NCBI GenBank assembly: GCA_910586045.1
Contig: CAJUIH010000002.1
Span: 6,711-70,710 of the forward strand
DNA: 64,000 nt
Direction of reading: 5' to 3'
From: an uncultured Eubacterium sp.
GTDB lineage: Bacteria; Bacillota; Clostridia; Lachnospirales; Lachnospiraceae
Positions 1 through 8,379 of this stretch are shown piece after piece (within the stretch, counting starts at the first letter, position 1; each line of letters begins with the position of its first letter). A model generated the notes under the pieces. The model saw nothing but the letters and a program-made list of their open reading frames with translations. It had not been told where the DNA came from and did not search any database. The translations under genes were made by a program, and so were the position numbers.

Positions 1-28
1 ACACGAAAAAAAGAGGTAACAAGAACAA

Positions 29-1855
29 ATGGTAAACAGATCCAAAAAAAAGCGGCTTTTCCTCCTGCTCCTTTTGTATGCCGCCGTTATTTTTCTTTTC
101 CGCATCTGGTATATCCGTGAAATCAATGTACCGGTCATCCGCAATGACGAATACGGCTACTGGTCCCATGCCGCATGGTTCAGCGGACATGACTGGTCCG
201 ACGTTTTGTCCGCGCATATGAACTGGTATTCTTATGGATACAGCCTGCTTTTAACACCCCTGTTCTGGTTTTCCCACAACCTGCATGTAATGTATAAAGC
301 AGCCATCATAGGCAACGGCATATGCGGTATCCTTTCTTTTTATTTGTGCCTGTCCTGTGCGCGCGCAATCGCTCCCAAAATAAAAACCTGGATCCTCGCC
401 ACAGTTTCCTTTATGGTAATGATGTATTCGTCCTACCTGACGCAGGGCGCGATTGCATGGAGCGAAACATTCCTGTATCTGCTGGTCTGGCTGCTGTTTC
501 GCCTGTTCCTGCATTTTGAGCGGCGCCCGGACACGGGCAGCGCACTGCTGTTAAGCCTGTGCATGGGCGCATGCTATATTACACATAACCGTACGATCGG
601 CATTCTAACCGCCTATCTTATGATCGTACTGTTCCTGCGCCTGACCGATACCATAGGCTGGAAGCTGTTTTTTTCGCTGCTGCTCCCGCTGATTTGTATC
701 TTATTTGTCAATACCGACATCAAAACCTATCTTTGTATGGTAGAAGGGTTTGGACTGAAACCGAAAAACGGGATGGGCGCGCAGAAAGAACACCTGCTGT
801 CCCTTCTGACTCCGGAAGGCTGGCAAAATCTGATCCACGCCCTGGGCGGGCAGTTTTGGGGGCTTATGACATCAACATTCGGCCTGCTGTATTGGGGGCT
901 GGCAGCCTGCGTCTCGCATACGGTACGGGCGCTGCGCACAAAAAAAGCAGACCGGCATACAGCATTTTACCTATTTGTACTGCTTGCTTCCATTGGCACT
1001 TTCCTAATTTCCGCGATCAGCCTGATTGATCCGCCTTCGATTACAAACATGCACGCCGACACAGACCTAAGTTATTTTTTTTACACACGCTACAATGAAT
1101 GCATAATCGGAATTTTGCTGCTGCTCGGCTTTTGGGAACTGTATTCCTGTAAAAAAGACAGAAAATTCCTCCTGTCAACGATCAGCGCCGCTTTGCTGTA
1201 TGCTGCGGCATGCGTGCTTTTGCAAGACAGCCTGCAGCAGGTGACGGATACCTGGCACTACCGCCCGTTTTGCGCGGCAGGCATCGGATTTTACCGTCTG
1301 TTTTCCGAAACATTTTCCATGCGCTGCTGCGTACTGATTGCTGCCGCCGGATTTTTCATTCTGGTACTGCTGCTTACTTTTTATAAAAAACATTTGCAGC
1401 ATCTGCACCTAACCGCCGCCTGCCTGCTGTTAACCGCCGTATTTATCCCAACCGGGCTGTATTCGGCCGAAAGCGGAACCATCCTTTCCCAGCGCGGCAA
1501 AGTATCCTGCGGAAACCTCGCGATGTATGGGCAGCTTAAAAAAGTAGTCGGAAAGCAGGACGTATACTGCACGTTAGACGACACCAAAAACTACCGCATT
1601 GCATACGAACTCCAGGTAAACCTGATCGATACGCATGTATATTCCATTACACTGGAAGACCTGCCGGTTTTAGAAGACAATTACTTTATCTGCTGCAGCA
1701 ACGGGGATCTGGACCATATAGACGGAACGGACTACTATCTGCTGGCGCAGAGCAACGCTTACACGGTCTTGGTCAAAGGAGATGCCCTGGCCAGAGAAAT
1801 CGCACCGCATACAGAACAACAATTGAAAAATCTAAATGACATAAACACTCCCTAA
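29..1855 (+). CDS. polytopic membrane protein, GT-C (ArnT/PMT-like) glycosyltransferase-like
   Basis: 608-aa ORF with many hydrophobic helices. An N-terminal acidic loop motif (RNDEYGYW) resembles GT-C membrane glycosyltransferases. Family call is by eye only. Confidence 0.55.
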   Translation: MVNRSKKKRLFLLLLLYAAVIFLFRIWYIREINVPVIRNDEYGYWSHAAWFSGHDWSDVLSAHMNWYSYGYSLLLTPLFWFSHNLHVMYKAAIIGNGICGILSFYLCLSCARAIAPKIKTWILATVSFMVMMYSSYLTQGAIAWSETFLYLLVWLLFRLFLHFERRPDTGSALLLSLCMGACYITHNRTIGILTAYLMIVLFLRLTDTIGWKLFFSLLLPLICILFVNTDIKTYLCMVEGFGLKPKNGMGAQKEHLLSLLTPEGWQNLIHALGGQFWGLMTSTFGLLYWGLAACVSHTVRALRTKKADRHTAFYLFVLLASIGTFLISAISLIDPPSITNMHADTDLSYFFYTRYNECIIGILLLLGFWELYSCKKDRKFLLSTISAALLYAAACVLLQDSLQQVTDTWHYRPFCAAGIGFYRLFSETFSMRCCVLIAAAGFFILVLLLTFYKKHLQHLHLTAACLLLTAVFIPTGLYSAESGTILSQRGKVSCGNLAMYGQLKKVVGKQDVYCTLDDTKNYRIAYELQVNLIDTHVYSITLEDLPVLEDNYFICCSNGDLDHIDGTDYYLLAQSNAYTVLVKGDALAREIAPHTEQQLKNLNDINTP

Positions 1856-1868
1856 ATACCATCCAAGT

Positions 1869-1905
1869 AAGGTTCTGCCTGCCAGGCAGGACCTTATATT
1901 TATAT
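1869..1905 (+). terminator. putative rho-independent terminator after 29..1855
   Basis: Hairpin aaggttctgcc/ggcaggacctt begins 14 nt after the stop and is followed by the T-rich tatatttatattt. Confidence 0.45.
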
Positions 1906-1959
1906 TTCCCATATTTTTCATATGCGCAGCACAAACCAATCGATTTATAAATCAGAAAA

Positions 1960-2006
1960 CAGAAAAAACAGTGTGATAAAAACATCTGCTGTTTCCTATC
2001 ACACTG
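1960..2006 (-). terminator. terminator downstream of tRNA-Leu
   Basis: Minus-strand hairpin cagtgtgat/atcacactg (1969-1977 with 1998-2006) followed by a U-run (A-run 1962-1968 on the + strand). Confidence 0.5.
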
Positions 2007-2010
2007 TATA

Positions 2011-2094
2011 TGCAGAAGATGGGACTTGAACCCACACGGTATTGCTACCACAGGCACCTGAAGCCTGCGCGTCTGCCTATTCCACCACTTCTGC
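2011..2094 (-). tRNA. tRNA-Leu (anticodon CAG), type II with long variable arm
   Basis: Reverse complement reads GCAGAAG acceptor, GUGGUGGAAUAGGCAGACGCG D-region, anticodon stem CAGGC/GCCUG with loop UUCAGGU, a long variable arm, GGGUUCAAGUCCC T-arm and CUUCUGC-A. The layout is close to E. coli tRNA-Leu(CAG). CCA is not encoded. Confidence 0.9.
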
Positions 2095-2108
2095 TTGGCA
2101 CAATAGAT

Positions 2109-2137
2109 ACTATACACGATAATCCTTTTTTCGTCAA
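2109..2137 (-). promoter_or_regulatory. sigma-70-type promoter for tRNA-Leu
   Basis: On the minus strand, TTGACG (2137-2132), a 17-nt spacer, then TATAGT (2114-2109), about 15 nt upstream of the mature tRNA 5' end. Confidence 0.55.
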
Positions 2138-2479
2138 GTACTTTTTTAAATTTTTTTATTTTTTTTGTTTCTCTCCAATCGAACTTTCAAGAACATTCAG
2201 ACAGCCGCTGATATGCTTACGATTCCGTTGCTGGTAATGTTTTTCTCTTTGTGCTGTAACCCAATCTAAGACATCTATTTTAAGCTTTTTAAACTATGAT
2301 ACATTGCTACTTTTCTGGTTGTTGTATAAAATATTGCAAAAGATAGAAGTGCGCTCCCAAAAATCATATAAATAATACAAAACATGATCCGCTGGCCTGC
2401 GCATAATGTGTAAAATAGCACAAATTCTATCGCCCCTTATTACAAGCATTTATATTATAATAAAACAAGGAGGAACTTT

Positions 2480-2950
2480 ATGCAGAAAACATCGACAAGA
2501 ATCTTGAACACGTTATTTATGAACATTCCTATCACACTGGCGCTATGCTTGTTTGCGCAAATGCTTTCGGTCTGGAAAGGTCAGGCAGAAAGCTTTCGCT
2601 GGTCTGTATTTGGATTAAACTGCGTGGTGGCATATATTTCCGCTACCATCATTGGACTCGGTATTCCAAGTGTGCCGCTTGGCATGGCCTTTGCGCGTAA
2701 ATTCGGTGCAAAAGAGGGCACGCTGCCGTTTGCATTGTTATTAAACCTGGTGGTAAATACGGTATATACCTTATTCCTGAGCATTATTATGACTTTCGTA
2801 AATGTATATCTGCTCGCAGGAGCGCCGCTCCCGGCCGTGTTGTTCGGCGTATTAGAAAATTTCATTCCAATTTGGATTGTATGCTATATCATAAGCTTGA
2901 TCAGCGCGCCTGTCTGCCAGAATCTGGCCATTCGGCTTACCGAATCATAA
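2480..2950 (+). CDS. small integral membrane protein, function unknown
   Basis: AAGGAGG RBS 7 nt upstream of the ATG. 156 aa with about four hydrophobic helices. No recognisable motif. Confidence 0.6.
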   Translation: MQKTSTRILNTLFMNIPITLALCLFAQMLSVWKGQAESFRWSVFGLNCVVAYISATIIGLGIPSVPLGMAFARKFGAKEGTLPFALLLNLVVNTVYTLFLSIIMTFVNVYLLAGAPLPAVLFGVLENFIPIWIVCYIISLISAPVCQNLAIRLTES

Positions 2951-3177
2951 TGCCTTATCACAAAGTTCACATTTTATTTACAATATCCTCATTTCTTTCA
3001 CATAGGGACTTCACAAATTCCCTTTATGATAAGTACAGTTGATAAAACACATCAATCACCAATTAAAAATCATTTTCATATTTTAAACGCCGGCTTTCAC
3101 CATAACCCAAAAGCCGCGTTACCCTGCCAAAACGGCAGGGTTCCTCCCCGCCAATTACTTATTTTCTTTTTCATATA

Positions 3178-3215
3178 AAGCCGGTGTTCCCTAACACCGG
3201 CTTCCCCTTTCTTTT
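3178..3215 (+). terminator. rho-independent terminator-like hairpin
   Basis: 11-bp stem aagccggtgtt/aacaccggctt with loop ccct, followed by cccctttcttttcc. It is the third of three consecutive GC-rich hairpins (3086-3120, 3121-3141, 3178-3203). Confidence 0.55.
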
Positions 3216-3282
3216 CCCAATTTCTTTTCATTCGATAATTCTAAATGAAAAACAATATCGAACCTTATTTCACAAAAATTCA

Positions 3283-3311
3283 TTGACATTTTACATTAAA
3301 TATAATACAAT
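3283..3311 (+). promoter_or_regulatory. candidate promoter of the S8 peptidase gene
   Basis: TTGACA (3283-3288), a 17-nt spacer, then TACAAT (3306-3311), 49 nt upstream of the start codon. Confidence 0.45.
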
Positions 3312-3359
3312 TACTATTGTACATCAATAACTTGATTTTTTAAATAAGGAGGAGAATCG

Positions 3360-5543
3360 ATGAAACTCAAAAAAACACTTGTACTATTCGGTTGTGCAAT
3401 ACTTACGCTTTCAGCAATGAATCTGACTGTCATTTCGAACGCGGCAGAAAAAGATGCATTCGTAAAAGAGTACCTTGTACAAACAGAATCCGACCAGCTT
3501 TACGAAACAATTTCTTTAGAATATGAAGATACTCTAAATGCTCCCCCTAAGGAAGCGCCTTTAAAATTAGAAGAAGAACATATTCTCTTAATGGATTTAA
3601 CCCCCGAGCAGGCATATGCGTTAAATCAGGAAGATGGCGTGACAGCAGAACCAAACGTTATATTAAACGCTGCAGAGTTCACAGAAGTACAGCCGGCAAT
3701 CGAAGACGTAAAATCTCTGGCAGAACAGCAATGGAACCTGTCGGCCGTACAGGCGGAATCCGTAGATGAATCAGCGGCAACGAAAAAAATCAATATTGCC
3801 ATCCTGGATTCCGGCGTAGATTTGCTGGGCGACGTGGAATTTGATTACCAAACCAGCTTAATCCCGGAAGAAAATACAGACGATCAAACCGGACATGGAA
3901 CGATGATCACAAACCTGATCGCCCAAAATCAGAACGGTTTTTGTGAAACCGGCATCATACCGGACAGTTCCCCAATCGGACTGTACAATGTACGGATCCT
4001 GGATGAAAACAACCAGACGCCGTTAAGCCGGGTGATCGAAGGAATACAATGGTGTATAGACCACCACATCGACGTCATAAACATGAGCTTTGGTACAGAA
4101 GAATATTCCGAAATCCTGCACAATGTCATTTCCAAGGCACAGGATGCAGGCATACTGATGGTGGCGTCTGCAGGAAACAGCGGAAGCAATCTCGTCGAAT
4201 ACCCTGCGGGATATTCGGAAGTCATCGGTGTTGGTTCTGTCAATGAAAATCTAACGTACAGCACATTCAGCAATTCCGGAAGCGCCATAGAACTGGTAGC
4301 GCCAGGGGAAAATATCCCGGTTACCTCCTATTGGGGACTGCAGGGCGCAGGCAGCGGGACCAGCTATGCAGCCGCTCATGTAACCGCGATCGCCGCCCTG
4401 CTTTGGTCAGAAAATCCGCAGAGAAACGCGGCAGAGATCCGTACCCTGCTCAATAAAAGCGCATTGGATCTTGGTGAGGATTCCTCTTACGGCAATGGTA
4501 TGGTCAATTACCAATATGCCAGCACGCACACCGAATTAGCAGATCCGGAAAGTATTGTGGATGAGGACTGGGATCGTATGGCAGATCCGCAGACCTATGA
4601 GGTTCCGGATTCCTTAAAGGCAAGCTGGCACTATAACATGCATGCTGCATTAATCCCGTCATCTGTAAGCGGCTTAACCGCACATGAAGTCGATGTCGTC
4701 AAAGCGGCATCACGTTATTCAGACCAATCCGAAACCCTTCAAAATTACGATGTATTGCATGCCAGAGATTATACCAACTATGTCAGCGCGGCAAAATGTA
4801 TGTATGAAGCAGCCTTGGCATGGAACACAAATAAAAATTATGACGATATTTATGCAAAAGCCGATTCCTATTATAGTTCAGATGAAAGTGCGGCTGTAAG
4901 GGCTACTAATATTAGCAACTTAAAAACTGCCATGAAACATGCTGTATATTATAATTTTCAGAATAAAGCCGAATCCGGCAGTGCTGTATCAGCAAACAGA
5001 GGGAGGTTACAGCTTTTGGGACTGGCGATCCATATAGGCGGGGATACTTATGCACATAAATCTATGTGTGATGGCAGTCCAAGTGGTGAATTTGAAATCA
5101 GGAACATATATAATAATTCGAGTAAAGTTCAAGATGCAACAGCAAACGGTGAAGACAGTATAGACGATCTAATAAGAGACATAAAATCAGCGAAAGGAGT
5201 AACCACTGCAGGAATGGGCAACGCAAAATATTTTAGTAATGTCGGTATTTGCAACGAATACTATACCGATTCCATTAACTATATGGCAAAAAGATATTCC
5301 GTTGCAACAAAGGTAGCAACAAATAAATTATTAAATTATTATAGTAATAAAACATATTTCAGGCCATATGCTTTTTGTCCTTACGAAATCAGCACAACAG
5401 CAAATTTCAGAAATAATTACAGTTACAAGACAAGGCATTTAATAAAATTTCTCAATGATGCTGGTTTTAGTATTAATTCTTATCTGAACGGCAAAAACAG
5501 CTATCAAACCAGTGATTGGTATGCACTGTCATTTGATAACTAG
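3360..5543 (+). CDS. secreted S8 (subtilisin-like) serine peptidase with a large C-terminal extension of unknown family
   Basis: AAGGAGG RBS and a signal peptide. Catalytic motifs are ILDSGVD (Asp), HGTMITN (His) and GTSYAAAHV (Ser). About 330 C-terminal residues have no motif I recognise. Confidence 0.9.
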   Translation: MKLKKTLVLFGCAILTLSAMNLTVISNAAEKDAFVKEYLVQTESDQLYETISLEYEDTLNAPPKEAPLKLEEEHILLMDLTPEQAYALNQEDGVTAEPNVILNAAEFTEVQPAIEDVKSLAEQQWNLSAVQAESVDESAATKKINIAILDSGVDLLGDVEFDYQTSLIPEENTDDQTGHGTMITNLIAQNQNGFCETGIIPDSSPIGLYNVRILDENNQTPLSRVIEGIQWCIDHHIDVINMSFGTEEYSEILHNVISKAQDAGILMVASAGNSGSNLVEYPAGYSEVIGVGSVNENLTYSTFSNSGSAIELVAPGENIPVTSYWGLQGAGSGTSYAAAHVTAIAALLWSENPQRNAAEIRTLLNKSALDLGEDSSYGNGMVNYQYASTHTELADPESIVDEDWDRMADPQTYEVPDSLKASWHYNMHAALIPSSVSGLTAHEVDVVKAASRYSDQSETLQNYDVLHARDYTNYVSAAKCMYEAALAWNTNKNYDDIYAKADSYYSSDESAAVRATNISNLKTAMKHAVYYNFQNKAESGSAVSANRGRLQLLGLAIHIGGDTYAHKSMCDGSPSGEFEIRNIYNNSSKVQDATANGEDSIDDLIRDIKSAKGVTTAGMGNAKYFSNVGICNEYYTDSINYMAKRYSVATKVATNKLLNYYSNKTYFRPYAFCPYEISTTANFRNNYSYKTRHLIKFLNDAGFSINSYLNGKNSYQTSDWYALSFDN

Positions 5544-5556
5544 AAAGGAGCGGTAC

Positions 5557-6594
5557 ATGAGCAGTAAAAAAATAGGAAAAACTTTCTGGTCATTCGCGTT
5601 CTGCCTGGCTACTCTGCTGGTTTTCACTGTAACAGCCAACGCTGCGGAAACAGACAGCCAAACCCCGGGGACTTTACGAGCATACATAGAAAACCAGGGG
5701 CTTTTCTATGGGGAATATAAAGACTGCATGTATACCTATACAAACCAAGAGAAAGAAATCAAAATTATAGGGCTAAATAAACATGCAGAAAATATTAAAA
5801 TTCCCAGTATGATTCGCGGTAAAAAAGTCACCACAATCGATCTAGTTCCATATTATGAATATGGTATCTGGGAAGGCACTCTAAAATTAAAAAGCATTAC
5901 TTTCTCCAAATATATTAATAAAATAACCGACAGTTTTTTTATATTTTTCGACAAACCAGAATTAACAGCATACTATGTTTCCTCAGAAAACCAAAAATTT
6001 ATGGCAAAAGACGGGGTTTTATTTTCCAAACACGGCAGGACGCTGATTTCTTTTCCTAGAAATAAGAAAATGAAAACATATCAAATTCCCAGTGGTGTAG
6101 TAAAAATCGGTTCGTTAGCCTTTAAATACTGTAGTAAAATTCAGAATATTGTAATGCCTGATACAGTAACGATCCTAAAATACCGAGCATTCGCCTGTTC
6201 ATCCATCCGCAAAATTAACCTGTCCAAGAATCTGGAAACGATGGAAGGAGCGGCATTTAGTGAAACAGGAATCACCGAAATCACCATTCCTTCTAAACTC
6301 AAAGAAATACCTAACCTTTGCTTTGGTTACTGTAAGAACCTAAAAAAAGTCACCATCCAGCAAGGCGTAAAAAAGATTGTCTATGATTCGTTTGTAGGCT
6401 GTCCGAAGCTAAGAACCATCATCATACCGCCAAGTGTGACCGATTTTGATGAAAGCGCATTTGTGTACATCTCCTCCCATTTCGAAACTGAAACAATCAA
6501 CCTTACCATTTATGCGAAAGAACGCTCGTTTGCCTATAAAGAAGCAGGCAAATGGGGCAAGTATGGTATCAAAGTCAAAAAATGGAATCCTTGA
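5557..6594 (+). CDS. BspA-type leucine-rich-repeat surface protein
   Basis: AAAGGAG RBS 6 nt before ATG 5557; the track ORF starts at an upstream GTG inside the S8 gene. Signal peptide present. Tandem ~23-aa I-x-I-P-x-x-V-x-x-I-x-x-x-A-F units typical of LRR_5/BspA proteins. Confidence 0.8.
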   Translation: MSSKKIGKTFWSFAFCLATLLVFTVTANAAETDSQTPGTLRAYIENQGLFYGEYKDCMYTYTNQEKEIKIIGLNKHAENIKIPSMIRGKKVTTIDLVPYYEYGIWEGTLKLKSITFSKYINKITDSFFIFFDKPELTAYYVSSENQKFMAKDGVLFSKHGRTLISFPRNKKMKTYQIPSGVVKIGSLAFKYCSKIQNIVMPDTVTILKYRAFACSSIRKINLSKNLETMEGAAFSETGITEITIPSKLKEIPNLCFGYCKNLKKVTIQQGVKKIVYDSFVGCPKLRTIIIPPSVTDFDESAFVYISSHFETETINLTIYAKERSFAYKEAGKWGKYGIKVKKWNP

Positions 6595-6605
6595 GTTCTT
6601 TCGAC

Positions 6606-6637
6606 AAAAACCACCGCTTCCCGCGGTGGTTTTTTTA
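6606..6637 (+). terminator. rho-independent terminator of the S8/LRR operon
   Basis: aaaaaccaccgc-ttcc-gcggtggttttttt: a perfect 12-bp stem with a T-run, 12 nt after the stop. Confidence 0.8.
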
Positions 6638-6767
6638 ATCTTCTTATTTTATTTTTTATACCGTCTCCATGTTTCTGCCAAAATGATAAAAAACACGCAT
6701 TTCTCATGAAAATACTTTCTTTCCCTGTGGCAATTTCATTATTTATGTTGTATAATAAAACTATTCT

Positions 6768-6949
6768 ATTAATCGGTTCTCTTTCGTTACTTTTATTGCG
6801 CAGTCAAGCCCTTTGTCAGCTACTTGGACGGTGCGTCCGGAGATGTTGCTGCGCTGTTTAAGGTCATGAATGATATTTCTTAACACAGTTTTCTCACTTT
6901 CGTTTCCTGGGTATATTTTCATCCCAACTGGTATCTGGTCCGCATCAAG
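6768..6949 (-). pseudogene. IS1634/IS4-like DDE transposase fragment (about 60 codons, no start)
   Basis: Minus-strand translation is LDADQIPVGMKIYPGNESEKTVLRNIIHDLKQRSNISGRTVQVADKGLDCAIKVTKENRLI. This matches the conserved FPGN-x-SE ... GR-x-I-x-VADKGL block of IS1634-type transposases. It is bounded by a stop immediately upstream and is not in the ORF track because it lacks a start. Confidence 0.5.
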
Positions 6950-7000
6950 CTAATACCAATAGGCTAAAAGAAGCAATGAGTCCATAAGGACAAAGAACGA

Positions 7001-7036
7001 AATCCCACGACCATATTGCCGTACAGTCGTGGGATT
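7001..7036. terminator. bidirectional terminator-like hairpin 3' of the small toxin-like ORF
   Basis: 11-bp stem aatcccacgac/gtcgtgggatt with a 14-nt loop and T-rich tracts on both strands. Confidence 0.5.
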
Positions 7037-7072
7037 CTTCTTTACTTTTATACCGGCAAAGCATCCAGTAGG

Positions 7073-7180
7073 TTATTTGTTGTTCGATTCATCTTTGCTT
7101 TCTAACCATTTGTTGATGCGGTGGCTAACCACACCAGCCATGACAGCGATAATGATACTAGCAAGAAATGTAACATACAT
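7073..7180 (-). CDS. 35-aa hydrophobic peptide, type I toxin-like (membrane helix plus charged tail)
   Basis: MYVTFLASIIIAVMAGVVSHRINKWLESKDESNNK. GGAGGG RBS 7 nt upstream. Its 5' leader carries a GGAGGG/CCCTCC hairpin (7206-7227) whose CCCTCC could alternatively sequester the RBS. A terminator hairpin follows. Located beside a transposase relic. Confidence 0.5.
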   Translation of the reverse strand: MYVTFLASIIIAVMAGVVSHRINKWLESKDESNNK

Positions 7181-7295
7181 TGTTTCACCCTCCTTTCTTT
7201 CGTCTGGAGGGCTACTTTGAACCCTCCGAAAAATAAGAGGGGTAAAGCCGCCTTTGGCTCTATGGTTTTCCCATATCGACAATATAACCCCGATG

Positions 7296-7327
7296 AGGGC
7301 ATCTGTTGACGCAGATGCCTTTCTTTA
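7296..7327 (+). terminator. plus-strand terminator-like hairpin opposite the toxin leader
   Basis: ggcatctg-ttgacg-cagatgcc followed by tttcttt. No plus-strand gene ends here, so it could terminate an antisense RNA. Confidence 0.4.
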
Positions 7328-7561
7328 GTGTAAAGAATATCACAAACTGCCGGAAAGTTCAAGAGCTTTCTTCTGTTGGGGGATGGTAAACGCAAGCTTT
7401 TATATGCTTTAAGAAAATCTTGAAATAGATAGTCCCTCCTGCCACACATGATTAATTTTATAGCACTTAATCGCAGCTACTTGATTTTATAACGCTCTTT
7501 CATTATACTATAGACAAAGAAATGTACCAAGTGCGGCATTACGATTAAAAAGGAGCAGGAA

Positions 7562-8341
7562 ATGAAACTTTTAGTGTTATATTTTTCTGGAGTAGGTGCA
7601 ACGAAAAAAATAGCGGAACTTATGCAGGATTGTCTATTACACACAAAAAACTGTACCGTAGATTTATATTCTATCGAAAACCTCACAGCCATGAACTTTA
7701 CAACTTATGATGCTTTGATAATTGGCACGCCGGTTTATCATGGCGCCCCATCTAAGATTGTGAAGACCTATTTTCGTTCGTTGCCTCCTTTGCGTAAAAA
7801 GATACCAGCATTTATTTTTAATACAAGAGCTTTGTGCTCATGCAACACCAATAGACTATTAGCAAAACTATTACTAAAGAAAAAGATCATCCCTATAAAA
7901 GATCGGGATTATCGGACTCCAGCAAGTGATGGTGCACTTATTCTTCCATTTATAAAGAGATTTTTTTACTTTGAGAAAAATATTTACACAAAAATCCATT
8001 TAGACTGTATGGATTTTTTGGAGCAAGTACAAACAAAACAGTTGTACGGATATATACCACGATTTCGTTTTAGCAGCGTTATAAATGCCCCTAATATGTT
8101 TATCGGACAAATGATTACCTTCAAGATATTTTTGCATCAGGATAAGTGTCTGAAGTGCGGCCGATGTATTGAAAATTGTCCGCATTATGCTTGGGAAAGA
8201 AGTAAATCGGGCTATCCGTTATTTAACAGCGCAAAATGCGAAAACTGTTACCGCTGTATCCACCACTGCCCAGCAAAGGCATTATCATTAAGCAAGCATT
8301 CAACGCCCACAAAATTGTTATTCTGTTACCGTGAGATGTGA
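7562..8341 (+). CDS. flavodoxin-like / 4Fe-4S dicluster protein (EFR1-type ferredoxin)
   Basis: AAAGGAG RBS. N-terminal MKLLVLYFSGVGATKK flavodoxin-like start. Two CxxCxxCxxxCP motifs (CLKCGRCIENCP, CENCYRCIHHCP). Confidence 0.8.
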   Translation: MKLLVLYFSGVGATKKIAELMQDCLLHTKNCTVDLYSIENLTAMNFTTYDALIIGTPVYHGAPSKIVKTYFRSLPPLRKKIPAFIFNTRALCSCNTNRLLAKLLLKKKIIPIKDRDYRTPASDGALILPFIKRFFYFEKNIYTKIHLDCMDFLEQVQTKQLYGYIPRFRFSSVINAPNMFIGQMITFKIFLHQDKCLKCGRCIENCPHYAWERSKSGYPLFNSAKCENCYRCIHHCPAKALSLSKHSTPTKLLFCYREM

Positions 8342-8379
8342 TTCCCACTTTGCGCATTATGCTGCCCATCATTCTGCTT

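Noticed and set aside
5512-5556. An upstream GTG start for the LRR protein gene, overlapping the S8 peptidase gene.
   Set aside because: ATG 5557 has a consensus AAAGGAG RBS and yields a normal signal peptide. The GTG extension adds 15 residues with no RBS.
7102-7449. A 115-aa ORF overlapping the toxin-like gene region.
   Set aside because: It is out of frame with the well-signalled 35-aa ORF, has no RBS and shows no motif. It probably arises from the relic sequence.
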